Below, in pieces: positions 27,947 to 41,809 of a stretch of DNA of 64,000 bases. The position numbers and the translations under genes are program-made. The notes under the pieces are model-generated. The model was not told the origin of the DNA, did not search any database, and saw only the letters and a list, made by a program, of their open reading frames with translations. The number at the start of each line of letters is the position of its first letter. Within the stretch, counting starts at the first letter, position 1. The stretch is from the human T2T-CHM13v2.0 reference genome, Homo sapiens, in NCBI RefSeq assembly GCF_009914755.1, contig NC_060929.1, one strand, 5' to 3'.

Positions 27947-28392
27947 CTTTAACACGTGGGCTATAAAATTGTCTATAAAACACTATCTGCCACAACTTAT
28001 AATAAATACATCCTTTTTATTGACATAAGATGGGTAAATATAGTTTTTAAAAGGCATCAGAGGAGCTATAAAGGCAAACTGGATGTCAACACCCATTTTG
28101 AGGGGGTTAATTTTTCTTCCAGGAAGTTTATAAATGGCAGGTCCTGGAAATCCTAAAATCGCTAGATGGACTTTGCCTTGCACATACTTGACATTCAATA
28201 AAAATTCTGGAAATGCCTGAAAAAGATCAGCACATGTGTTGTCTTAATATAGCACAGTAACATTACATTGTTTGGGATGGGTTGTGCTGAAAAAGTTGAT
28301 CTCTTCCAAGACTTAAAGAATAGTGTCTGAAATTTAGCAACAGGAAATCTGGGCAGATGTGTAATGAAAGTGCTGTGAAATGATTAGAATAT
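27947..28392 (-). pseudogene. Best-preserved decayed exon
   Basis: Acceptor ttctttgttttag|, donor AAG|GTAAAA. The last 270 nt (28216-27947) are 90 codons with a single TAG: AFPEFLLNVKY...ISCGR*CFIDNFIAHVLK. The 5' part is open for about 42 codons (YSNHFTALSLHICPDFLL...). Confidence 0.6.
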
Positions 28393-28503
28393 CTAAAACA
28401 AAGAATAAAAATACCATGGATTTGGTAATATTGGATACACGAAAATGGAATATATCAAATACACATGAAGTTCTATCTGGAAAATTAAAAAAATTAGCTT
28501 TTG

Positions 28504-28983
<480 letters not shown>

Positions 28984-30225
28984 CTTTTGAAAAGACTCTT
29001 TTTTCTTTAATATGAGATGTATTGTGTACCTATTACACTGAATGGCACTATAGAAAAATATGGCTAATCTGTATTTCTGTACTCTTTGTGAATGACCTAA
29101 ATACAATGTTTACCACCACAAATTTGGTACAACCTACATGAAATAAGACTTCAGTTTTAAATATAATACTGTTCCACATAGTATGACAAATATATACTTG
29201 GTATATGAACCATTTGGTATGCTACAATACGACCCACCCCCAATTTAAACAGGCTTATCTGAAGTTTACAGAAGATTTAATATAGTTTACTAGATGATTA
29301 AATATAGGTATGGGTGTGCGTGTATGTGCATGCACACATATTTTGCTGAGTGGTTAATATAAAAGCTATGATAGAATGTGAGGATAAACACTGTATTAGC
29401 TAAGTACTGTAGAGTAAAAGAATTCAGAGGACCTGGACTAGGATAAAGAGCACAGGAAAAGAAGATGAGATTTCCATAAAACAAGCTTTGACAGCTTTGA
29501 CCAACTCTTAACTGTCTGCCTGTAGTCTACATTATGTATGAGCAGAAAGTTTGTATTTCACATAGAAGCTTTCCAGTTATTAATTAGGAAAATGTTTACA
29601 TATGGTATGTCACATGAGTAGGTTTATCTCCTTAGCAGACCAAAGTAATGCAGATATTAAAAAGAATATGTTGTCAGAAATAAATTATTCATGCTTCCTA
29701 ACTTTTCTAATTTGGTAATTTGAAAACATTAATAGGATTTGGCCATTCTTAATTGTGTTGATGACTATCCTTGCTCTCTTTATTCTCAAGGCTAGTTGAA
29801 ATTTATCTCATTTATATTAATTTTTCTGTCTGTGGCTTCTCAAAAGTAAAATAACTTCAGAAGCTTCATAAGTATGGAGAAAATGTTAGGTGAAACTTTG
29901 CAGAATCATTTATAATTTATATGAGATTTTTCTTTAGTTTTTGAGAACTATCACTTGAATATGTAATCATCAAACAGGTGGCCTTCCACTTATTTGATAT
30001 GATAGAAGAAAACTTCTAACATTCCAATTTAAATATTTTATTTGAAAATTCACTGCTATAATAACACTATAACATTAAGGAGAGCTGTGTTGTAAACATA
30101 GTCCTTCTTTTTAAAAATGGGAACTCTTATTTTATCCTGTAGCTGTTATATTCATCTACTCATTTTTAGTGTTGCTTTCACCAAACAACATGTCTACAGT
30201 AAATATATTTCCATTTTATGATTAC

Positions 30226-30532
30226 AGGGAAGTGATTCCTAATGAAAATGAGAACAGAGTGCTCAAATTGGGGTTAGACCATCCCTGTTGTGTCATAGTT
30301 TCCACTGTTGAAGTAAAATCCCAACTGAAAAATAATAGGTCTTGTTAGTTGGCAGGCAGGTTTCACTGAGTAAACTAAGTTGCTTTCTAGGATTTTGTGC
30401 AGAAAAATTCTGCAATGCTAAAATTCTGCAACGCTAAAATTCACATAACACTTAAAACTGACATCGAGAGTAGTGGCCCAATCACTATGGGAGTAATCAA
30501 CAACTGTAAAAGTTTTTTGGCTTTAGCCTCTG
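30226..30532 (-). pseudogene. Decayed exon (3' end uncertain)
   Basis: Acceptor cttctcatgctttttcacag|. Reads AEAKAKKLLQLLITP (RGS KAKKI-like). Contains a 16-nt tandem duplication at 30404-30442. Confidence 0.4.
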
Positions 30533-30579
30533 CTGTGAAAAAGCATGAGAAGTATTTATGAGAATAAACAGGCCTAAGG

Positions 30580-31510
30580 GATTGCATTTTCCACAGTTTA
30601 TTGGACATCTCTACTTGGACAACCACAGACTTCTCAGACTCTACTAGCCCAAATGGAACACATAATTTCACCCTCAAACTCACTCCTCTTGCTGGACCCC
30701 AAACTCAGTGAATGGCCTACTGTTCTTCTAGTTGTCCCAAGTGTCTTCCTGTTCCTCGCTGTCACACATATTGAATTGCCAGTTCCCGTTCAATCTATTT
30801 CCTAAGTAGCTATTTCCTAAATCTCTTTACTTTTCATTCTCCCCTTGCTGCTGGTCCAAGCCATGAGTACCGGTCTGAATTATTGCAGCAATGTCCCAGC
30901 TGGTCTCCTTTCCTTCAGCACTGTCCTTCCCCAATACACTCTCTACAGCACAGCCAAATACTACAACCTCAAAGACTTTCCCTTTTGTTGGAATGAAGTC
31001 CGGAATTCTTAACATGGATAGCAAGGCCTGTTATTTTCTCTTCCTTGTATTATTCTCAGCTTCATCTCCCATCATTCTCCAGAGCATGTGCAACTGTCCT
31101 CTCTGCACCCTAAACTCCACCATATGCACATTCAGTAATGTGGTAATGTCAAGAACTCTCCACTTTCCAACTTTGCATATGCTCTTGTCTCTGCCTGCCC
31201 TGTCCATCATCTTGCTAATTTCTATTCACACTGTAGGCTTTAGTGCCTCTTCCATGAACCATTCATGAACTCCACATCACCCAGTCCTAAAATCAAGAAT
31301 GACTGCTTGCATAACATCCTATATTCTGCCTCATCCTGGAAGTGATTATACTTCATTGTAATTGATGTTTACTCATCTAGCTTTACCACTGGACCTCTGG
31401 CTTCACAAGAATCACATATGTGAGTATCTTGCTCACTGTACAACCTTAGCCCATTATAGTGATAAGCCCATGGTAGGTGCTCCACAAATATTTGTTAAGT
31501 GAATTAATCT
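30580..31510 (+). mobile_element. L2
   Basis: ttggacatctctacttgga...ends catggtaggtgctccacaaatatttgttaagtgaat. Confidence 0.8.
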
Positions 31511-32236
31511 GAATGCAGATATGTACAAAGACCACAGAGTTCAGATTTTTGTCTATGCCCTTAGCTATCATGTCAAAGAACTGGAGGGTAGTGCATAATA
31601 ACTAGCTGTCTTATTACAACGTACCTCCCTGCAATACAGTTTCACCCACCCTACCCCCCAAAAAATTCTAATCACTAGCCAGATTTAAATCTATTTGACT
31701 CTACTTCTTTCAGTGTTGGTAAGAGCTATAGCAGCCATTACTTAAGAAGAGAGTTAAATTACTAATATCTGTCTACCCATTTCTCTGAGAAAATGAAATT
31801 ACTTCTCTACATAATTAAAACACCATTTCTTTGAACTTGATGAAGAAGCCAATTTTCTTTTGTGTTCCTGCCTCAAAAAAGAATATATGTCTAGAGAGAA
31901 TATTAGAGAAGTTATTCCATAAGATATAACTTTCTGCTAGAATAAACTTCATTATTCCTACAAAATTATGGAAGTAGCTGGCTATACTTCTCTGCTTACC
32001 TCTTAATTTTTCAAAAATAACAAAAATAACAAAACTAAATAAAAGTCTACCCCATATTTTCTAAAATAGAATTCTGCTAAAACACACACACACAGACACA
32101 TACATACACAAACACACACACACGAACTATGAATTTCTATACCATTCTTCAAAATTCTAAATATTGTCAAAGTCATTTTAAGAGAAACAGAACTAGTTTA
32201 GTTAGTGTACATCTGTCCTATGGTATTCTTTGCACC

Positions 32237-32420
32237 AGTGGATCTCAGACTCTAGCATACATCAGAGTGTCCTGGAGGTCTTTGTAAAATGCAGGTTGCT
32301 GGACTGCTCCCTTCCACCTAGAGTTTCTGATTCATTAGGCCTGAGATGGAACCAGATAATTTGCATCTCCAGCAAGTTCCTAGGTGATATTGATGCTAAC
32401 CTGGGGAACACGCTTTGAGA
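32237..32420. mobile_element. MER5A
   Basis: cagtggatctc...agagtttctgattca...caagttcctaggtgat. Confidence 0.85.
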
Positions 32421-33751
32421 TGTGACTTATACGTGTAACTAACAGTAGGGAAGCACATTTAGTTCTGTCCATGCAGTTCTATCAGGCATTTTGACATGTG
32501 CTGTCCTCTTGTTCTCTTTCTTTCATTTTTTTTGGTACCAATATCTAACTCAGCATTACTGCCTAAATACATAAAGCCTGTATTCCATGCTGAAACTTAA
32601 CAGCACAAGTGTACATCATTTAAAAAAAAGAAAACAAAAAAAACCAAAAAACAGAAAAAAAGAGGGCTATTTCTGCAAGTTAAAAAATTAAATGGAAAAA
32701 CAACCCCAAAATTGCTCTAAGGAGGTTTTGCCTTCAATAGCAAAACATGTTTTGCCTCAATTGTGATTTCTTTGTTCGGGAGCCAAGGTGGCAATTAAGC
32801 TGGCACAAGGAGCAGGAGCCATTTATTTAATATGATGACAGCGTAGCCCTTTGTAAATCCTGGAACAATGAGGGCCCACACACAGGCTCATTCCAAGTTC
32901 TAGTTCCTTCTCTTCCCTGTTGCTCAGTGTGAATTCTCATAGCCACAAAGGAAGGGGAAGATTTTCAATCCTGTCACATCCTCCCCCATTTAAACCATTT
33001 ATAGTCTTAACTTATAAGATATGAGTAAGAAATCTTCTTTAAACATTTTGCAGAGCTGATCATCAAATCTAACAAACTGGTGGTTTTGAAATCTCCTTTG
33101 CTCCAAAGACATTCCATTAACCTCTGTGTCCTCTGTTGTGTCATTGTGCTGAGAAGAGCAAGTTAAAAATCCAGTCTTAATTGGGGCTTGGTGGTAGGAT
33201 TATTTTTATCTTATAGATTTATTTCAATATTCATTTTAGGAAGAAAGAAGACCTTAGGAAGGTCTAATTCTCATCAGTTCTGGCATAAGCTGAGTTAGGG
33301 ATCTCAGAATTTAAAGAAACGACGCCCTTAATAATGGCATCTGAAGAAGCAAGTGTACCATGCTGTGACAATTACAAGATACTACATCAGTTCCCGTCCT
33401 CTACTAGGCTCTTTTAGGATGGAGACTCTGTCTGGTTCACTGCTTTATCTCTATAATTTACAATAGTACTCAGAAAATAGAAGGCGCTCAGTATGTAGCA
33501 ATTATTGCCTGACTGGCTGTCTCTGTAAGCATTACAGGGAATGTACAACCAAAATGTATAAAGTGTAACATGACACCAAAGTTCATAAATTAAATGTTAT
33601 CAAAATAGATTGTTTTTATAAATGAAGAAAATTAATCAGAAGATATCTTTTTAGAATATAACAACCTCTAACACCCAGTCTACAAATATACCCATCATCA
33701 AACTTCTGGCAAATGTTCAAAGTAAATAAACACCTATCATGACTTAAATAC

Positions 33752-33982
33752 CTGGCTTTATACTTCAACAGTGTTCATATGAGTAAAAACATTTTTGCTT
33801 AAGTTGTCTACCAGTTTATAATATGGGAAGGAATTCCCCATGGGATACTATCTCCTCCCCCTTTATATAGGGAATACAAGTTTGGCTAAATACTTTATCA
33901 TAATTGTGCAGAAAGCACATGGCCTTATAAAAGGGCAATCACATATATTATCAATGGGATTGATACTATTATCAATGGTTTC
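33752..33982 (-). pseudogene. Possible decayed exon
   Basis: gcttttag| start and CAG|GTATTT end. Contains AFCTIMIKYLAKLVFPI and NLSKNVFTH. Confidence 0.3.
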
Positions 33983-36900
33983 CTAAAAGCAGCCTCTCCA
34001 TTTTGCAAGTCTATCAACTTATAGTTCTTTACCTTCCCTTCAGCTGAATCTACTCACTTCAGGCTCAGCCTGAGTTCCTGAAAGAATCCTGCCAGGGTGG
34101 GACCCATTATAAGGATTTTAATTGCATCTAGGTCATGACACTCAGATCTGGATCTAGGGGTGACTGCTGGCTTCTGCATGATCTACTCTTCTTCTCAGGC
34201 TGCCCATTCCCTGAGATCTACTTCATGGACACTAGATCCTGTGCCTGATGTTCAAATTAGGATGGCCTCATACCACAATGTTTTGTTGCCCCTTCTAGCT
34301 TTGGATCTCCTGTAACCCCAAATAGCCTAATCTATGCCGGGCCCTCTTATGCCCTTTTGATACTATTTCTCAAATGACTCACAAGACCAGCCTCTAAGGT
34401 CAAGCTAGTTCTCCCAGGTCTCTTCTAGTATCCTAGTGCTATTTTTTTCTCTGCCAAGTTCTGATTTCTTTTCCAGTCCCTGTTGCTAAAATCCTACTGA
34501 ATCCCTCACAGCCACCCAAATCCTGGCAAGGTATGATTTTACCATCTTAAGTTCATTTTCAGGGCTGAGCGTATAATAATGACTGGTCATGCAGCACCCA
34601 GTGATCACACTGTACAGAGAGTACAGACATTGGGATGGAGGAAGGGCAAAAAGAGGCCCTTGATACTGAAACATATTTTCAGAGAGTAATATAATTGGTG
34701 AATTCTCATATGCTGTGAGGATCAAATTGATGAACCATTTTAGCACTCCCACAAGAATTCTGCTCCCTCATTTCTGCACAGAATTTCATCTTATGAAAAA
34801 GTTCCACAATTGTTAACATACTATAGCATCTCTTCATGCCAAGTAGTTTTGTATTTTAAGAATTACAAAATGCACTCATCAAATAATTTTGGCACATAAT
34901 ATATATTTCTAAATTCCAGAACAAATCTCTCTCTTGAAATTCTATTTAAAATACAACCTGGGCTTGTACACCATCCAGTATGATAGAAAAACATATAATC
35001 AATTCATAGAAGACCAACACCTGCCCTACAGGTGCTAGAATTTGACATCTTGTTGAAATTAGATTGAAATTTAGTATACAGTATGTAAGAAAAAAGGCAG
35101 ACTACAATATTTCCTGCTAGTGGACATCATTCAGGCCTCAGAGATGAAATGTGCAAAACTCTTCTAGAAATACTAATCAACTGAAACAAGCCGCCTCCAA
35201 AACAGTAATGTGGTCAGTCTGCATGCTGCCAGGTAATTTACAATCCATGACAAGCAGAGCCAAGTGAAAGTTATTTACATTTATTCTACTGGTAGAATAG
35301 AAGAGATGAGAGTGAAAAGGATCTGCTGAATCAGATCATGTTTGACTGAGGAGTGACAGGGAAGTTTTCTTCAATTAATAGCCAGCTGCATAATTTGAGC
35401 TAATGCCAGCTGGACTTTCATCATGAAACGACACAGAAATAAATTATTCTGTACTCAGGTGCTGGCATAGTGAAGTGAATTAATCCACTTAAATCTGGAG
35501 GAGGGAGAGAGAAAGTAGATTACACTATCTGAATTTTTTGAGCCTGTTTTAGCCACACTTTAAGGATACTGAGGTTCATGATAATTATTAAAATGTCCAA
35601 GTGGATCCATTTAGACTCAAATACTTGCTTGAATGAACACATTCTTAGAAGGGAGGAACCAGAGTAGAAATGGCTTTATCAAGGTCATGGTGGTTTCTTT
35701 CACCAATTAGTGAAATTCATATTCAACTCAGAAGGTCAGGGGGAAGTGGGCAAAAAGAGTCTTATTAAGAACAACTTTATAGGGGAATTCTTGAGGGGGT
35801 AAAAAGGTGACTACAAAGATATAAAGGAATCCAGGACAGGTTTAGAGAGGTCAACTGCCTGCTGGTTCATTCAGAAAAGATTAACAGACCCAGCTGCTGG
35901 GACTTTTCTGGCTAGGCATCCTTCCCAGTGGTCACAAGTCAATGTGTCTCCTGGCTGCTTGGCTATGTTCCCATCCGTCTGGATGGAAGAGCGCCCACCC
36001 CTACACGCCAGACCTTTTCCTTAGGGGAAAGTTACTGAGGTTCCACGTCAGGCAAACTTTGCTCACCCATCACTTCAAGTAAACAACTCTTCTATGGAGA
36101 TTTCTTAGAGAAAAAATGCACTTGAAAGCATCTAACCAAAGCAATGAAGGTGGAAAAAACAAGTTATGTGGGAATCTGAGTATAGAATATACAGACATAA
36201 AATAAGCTCTCCAAATGAGGAAGCAGTCACAGCTTGACCTCTGAATTGTTTGCTGTTTGTTCCTTCAATATTCAAACTGTAGCCCTGGAAATACAAACAC
36301 AAACTTCTAAACACTCACAGGCCTGTGGCAACAAAATGCTACATGCCAGCTTCACAACTGGGGCATGCAGACCATAAATCCTGTAGTGGCAGGAGGGGAG
36401 GTGTGGAAATAGACTGTCATCATTCTGCAGCAAGGAAAACTAGGTACAAGGAAAAGGCAACTGGCAACACATTCCTGGATTCTCTCATTCATTGAAGAAG
36501 GAACTCAGGGATTGAATTACCCAATTGACGCTAGTTCTACCCATGCCAGAGGGCAAAAGTTCCAAGACTGCCACAGGCCATGGTTGCTTGGAATTTAGGC
36601 AGAGGTGCTTGGTCCTTAGAGTGTAGCAGAGAGAAGTTCTGGAAAAGGAGCTCCTCATCGAGTCTGGTAATGAGCACTTCTATTCTGACATGGATTTCAG
36701 AGGACTCAGGGGACAACGTGCCCAGAATTTAACCCTTTTAATCAGTCAGCATGAGAGATAAATCTAATTTAGCTATATGAGACTGATGAGAAACAGTCTT
36801 TGCCGTCTATAACACAAAAGGAAAAGGACAAAATAAGAAGCCCATTACTTTTAGTTAACATTCAGAGCAACAAATAAATTCCTACAATCACATAGCACCT

Positions 36901-37886
36901 GGTTCCATCAATGGTTGGTTAGTCTGGGAGATTCTAAGCTATTAGCTGGAAGCTCTCTCCACAGTGAGTAGTGGGGAGAAGGGGAGAAGCGAGCTGTTAG
37001 CTGAATTAGCAAGTGTTTTTACAAATGTCATATGTAGTGTCAATGTGTGTCCTAAATGTAACACCCTGCCAATTCATCAATTTATAGACAGAACATAGGC
37101 ACAATTTCTAGATATGAGATTGCATGACAGTGTTTCTCAAGGATTAGTTTATTTCTTTCAACACACCCTTTTTGATACGAACTGCTTTATTTTCTAGCAC
37201 TCACTACATCTCACTCAAATGTGTGGATGGCAACAGAAAATTTTGATCATTACTCAGAGTACTGATTTTATACATTATCATCTTTAACCTTACAGTCTTC
37301 TGAGGTTAAAATCCAATTACATAAAAAGCAAAAGAACCTCAGAGGTAAAGAGACCAGCCAAAATATAACTATGCCCTAGTTTTACCCCTGTATTTTTATT
37401 ATTTTGTGTGGTAACTTTTATTTGCCAGTCTTCCTTAAAATTGTAACTTCTTTGAAGATGGGAACTCCATATTATTCATCTTTTCATCTTCAGTGCCTAG
37501 AACAGTGCCTGGAACCTGGTAGGCAGTCAGAAATGTGAGAAGTAGATGCAGGCCATGCAGCCAGTCAGCAACAGTGCTGGGTTTTCAATGCAGAAATGTC
37601 TGATTCCAAGACCACTCACGTAAAAAAAAAAATGTTGCAGTTTATCAGTGATGTTTGGCAAAAGAATGGATGTTGATATTAGTTTACCCAGTTTCATTCT
37701 AGGTAGTTCACAACCAGGAGCTTCTCAAGAAATACTTGTTTACAGAATTCATGAATCCAAATTAGCTCTGTTTCCCAAAACCATAGATAACCGGAAACTA
37801 AAAATTGGATAAAAGTCAGCTTCAACAGAAGAAAAAAGAGTTTGTATTAAATATGAATGAGCATTTACTTTGTTAAATGATATGTG

Positions 37887-38258
37887 GGCTTTTCACCTAG
37901 ATTACAGGAAAATTACTCTAGCATCAATTTTTACTTTGAACTTTGAAGAACTTTGAAGAGCTATATTGAGTAAAACCCAAAGTGCTCTCCGCATGAAAAA
38001 TTCTAGTTTGCCCCTACTGTAAAAATTCACAATATAAATATAATCATGAGGGTATTTTCTTTCATAGCATCAGTCATTTAAAAATACAAATCTTTGAAGA
38101 AAAAAAAATTGTTGACGAAGTAAAATAGCATTAAATCCTGTAAAAAGATTACAGGCACAAAACCTGAGGATTTTACTTGTAAAGTTTTGTTGATGGAGTC
38201 AAATACTCACTTGCATTAACTCTCTTTCCAAACCCTGAGTCCACCCCTTCGTATTCCA
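37887..38258 (-). pseudogene. Possible pair of decayed exons (38258-38211 and 38137-37887)
   Basis: 48-nt segment ending CAA|GTGAGT, 73-nt intron ending tctttttacag|, then DLMLFYFVNNF...AMKENTLMI...FTVGA. Confidence 0.35.
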
Positions 38259-39989
38259 CTTGTAATAACTAATGTTAATAGCAAAAATATATTTATACTG
38301 GAATGAACAATAAGCATACAACAGTTGTTTGGTTTACCAAATTCCCTTTCATTCACAGCTTAAAATGTAACCAATTTAGCTATGACAATGCCAGCTTAGT
38401 TTATCCAATAGCATAGTAAGCACTATTCCTAGAGCTCATAATTTTAGGAGCTCATAGAAATGTTAAATCTCTTTTAAAATCTGAAAAAATGAGTACAAAA
38501 CAGTTTAGATTATATTTATCTTTACATAAATGCAGCTACAAAATATAATTTTGTATTTTTTATGAGGAGGGGACCCACAAAGCCAAAAGTGCGTTGCGCT
38601 CATCAAAATCATAGTGAGCTAGGGTATTTTTAATCTTTATAAAATTGCTATGGCATTATTCGTTGCTGGAATGCCAGGAGCATGTTAATATTATGTGCCT
38701 TTTATTTCTTCTCACCCACTAAAAAAATCTAATCTCACGAAAAATATGGAAAAGTCTTATGAATTGGATTGGATATGAACAGGATGGATATATGACAGAT
38801 GTATACAGATATATGATGGGTATGAATAGGATGAATGGATATAAATCACAAATCCAATTTAACTGGGCAATGAAAGAAAAAAAATTCCTAAGAAAGCCTT
38901 CCTTTCCCCTATCTCACATCTTTTACCTAGAAAGCAACAATTTAGAAATGATTACAACTTCAGAGAACTGAAGGAAAAGACGAACTACCAGAATATTGTG
39001 GCTTCATAAAAACACCAATTTAGAAATGCTTACCCACAAAGCTTCTTTTTCCCCTTAACACTGGATTTGCTAATTGAATTGAGCAAATCCTGAATCCAGC
39101 TGGATATCTCAGTATGTAGTAACACCAAATTACTGAGTTAGTACTGAATTAATAATCTGAACTGGGTGAGTATACTCACTAACTTTACTCAGTTACTAAA
39201 AGGCTAGTATCAAAGCTAATGTCAGAAATGCCCTTCTCATACAGTACAGCATAACCAACAACAGTAGTTCTAGTGGGCATTATGCTTTCATGCCAACCAA
39301 GCCACACCTTGATTTTCTGACTGTGTTGCCTATGAGTTGGTTCTATGTTCATCCATTAATAGGATGTTGACTTATTAATAAATATATTATCTAATTCTTC
39401 CTCTACCTCTAACTATTCTGTGGAATAGATAAAATAAGGAGTAAAAATACTTTCAATTTTGAAGTATTTGTTAAGTATCTTGGCATAGAAAAAGGCAAGA
39501 AGTAACATTTGAAATAAATTTGTAACATTATCTGTGAATTTTATTTATCTATGAACTTCTATCAGTTTTTTATAGGAAAAAAAGGGGCAGTATATACATA
39601 ATTCAAATACCAATAGTTGGAACAGAAATTTTTAGGATTTCTAGCACATTCTAAGTCTCTTTTGAAAAATTATAAAATCAAATTAGAATTTAACACCTTG
39701 CCTATATGAATGTCATAATAATATAGAATTATATGAATTATATAAGAAGGAAATAAGTAATGACAACCTCAAGTAAACGTTCACTTTTTTCACAGCCAAA
39801 TTTTGACTTTTTTGACAGTTTTATCTCAGATAAGAATTCCTTTTTCCTTTCAAAATATCATTTTCACAATTATGCTGTGAAATATGTGGTCATCTGATAT
39901 TATAGGAAAGCAGAACTTTAAAAGACTTAGAACTACATTCCTCCCTGTTGTAATGAGATACTCTTCACATATGACCATTTTTTCTGGTT

Positions 39990-40503
39990 ACAGTGTATCT
40001 CTGAATACTTGTCATGCATCTTCTCCTCTTATTCTGATAAAGAATTCTGATTTTCCTTTGATTAATCCCCCTCCTACTGATGGAACTGACCTCCACAACC
40101 GGGACACACAGAGGCCTGGTCAGTCAGTCACAATTGACTCAAGGTTGACCTGTAATCCAAGTGCACACGTTTCAAGTCAGCCCTGGGTTTTCCTTGGAAC
40201 TACTGGGAGATGTATGCTCTCATGTCACAAGAATTACTACAGGCAGCCTTGTGCTGTCTGAGCTTTCTTTGCTACCACATAGAGAAAGTCTTAGAAACAC
40301 AGTGAGACAGAAGGAGAGAAAGAGAAAGACAGAGACAAACGCTCAATCAAATCATGAGAGGGCCTGCAGCAATCCTCACAACCATTAAAACTAGCTGTAT
40401 CCTTTGAATTTTTGAGTTTCAAGATCCTGCAAACTGCTATTTTGTTTAAGTCGGCTTAAATTCAGTTTCTATTATTTGCAACTAAAGGAGAAAACTCTAA
40501 TAC
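39990..40503 (+). mobile_element. Old ERVL-type solo LTR (LTR33/LTR16-like)
   Basis: 3' end tttgtttaagtcggcttaaattcagtttctattatttgcaactaaa typical of these LTRs. Confidence 0.55.
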
Positions 40504-40659
40504 TGTATTTCACCACATGAATATTTTCAATGTTAAGGAATATAAAAGAAATCTTGATATGATGCAAGTTCACTCTTGCTTACTTACTCTTTGCTATCTT
40601 TATATTTGATTGACAACAAGGGACTCCAACTGTTGCTTGTTGCTCCACTGGGGAAAATT

Positions 40660-41010
40660 TATTTATTCATTCATTCCTTCGCTCATTCATTCAACAAATG
40701 CTTATTTCACACCCATTAGGTACCAGGCACCCACCTAGGTTCTAAAGATTCATAACTCAACAGAATAGACAAATGTTCTACCTTCATAAAGCTTACGATC
40801 TGGTGGGATGGAGTCAACCCTTAATTAATAAATAAATAAAAATCTAAGTGTGCTGAATAGCTACATGTGCTACAGAGAAAAATAATGCAGGAATGAGGAT
40901 ACAGAAAGTCTGCACTTGAGGATAGGTTTTGATTAGTTGTTTTTAAAAACAGATGGTCATGAAAGGTCTTATTAAGAAAGTGATATTTGAGCAAAGGCCT
41001 GAAAAAAAAT
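40660..41010 (-). mobile_element. L2 3' end
   Basis: (TTCA)n then caacaaatgcttatt...taccaggcac. Confidence 0.8.
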
Positions 41011-41496
41011 GGAGTTCCTTACTGGGGAAAGTATGGGTCCTACAACAGAGAATAGTAAGTCTCAGCTCTGCAGGGTGCATGGCAAATTTTCCTTACAGGA
41101 GTTCACCTAGTTACACAAGAGAGAAACTCCCATGACGCCCCACTAGAACTTTTTTCTGCTAGCTCTCTGAGGGAACTGGGCATATTTGTTCTGTTTCACT
41201 GGGCAAACAGAAATAGGAGTTAGGGGTGGCTGTAGGTTCCACGAATCATTATTATTTTCAATGTTCACTCTCTGGCGTAAAGGCTGTGAGGTGAATTGCT
41301 GACTAATTTTATAAAGCACCTGGAGCTCCTCAGGGCAAAGGCACTATGTCAACACCAACATTAAATAAATAGCAATAATTGGCCAAGTCCTCTGGTGGTA
41401 TAAGGCAAATAAAATATGTTCCCTCTTGGAAGTTCATGACGTCTGCCAGGTTAAGCAAGAATGAGGCAAAGCACTTTTAGAAAGCTACTTTTTCTA

Positions 41497-41809
41497 CCAT
41501 TGTATATGGCCTCCAAACAGCCAGCCACTGTGAAATGTTAAGTGTTTAACAGCAAATTAAAACTGAGTGTGTTTTTCATTCACTATCACAACAAGGTACT
41601 AAATAACCACTTGAGATATTTGTTGTACGTTATCATTTTCCAGGCAGTTTTACTGTTAGCTAGAAATAAGAGTAGAGTGACATTCGTTTGATTAGAGCAG
41701 AACCATTTTCCACCAATTTTTAGAGCACATGCAAATCTCTTTAGCAAAAGGACTTTTTCAAGGGTTGAATCTCTTATAGTTTCTCAATGTGAATGTTAAT
41801 TAAAGAAAC
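41497..41809 (-). pseudogene. Possible decayed exon
   Basis: Acceptor ttcttggttttggtag|. Reads HIE[fs]NYKRFNP*KSPFAKEICM, resembling ExYK...AKEI. Boundaries uncertain. Confidence 0.3.

Noticed and set aside
30891-31268. 125-aa plus-strand ORF
   Set aside because: Lies within L2 sequence.
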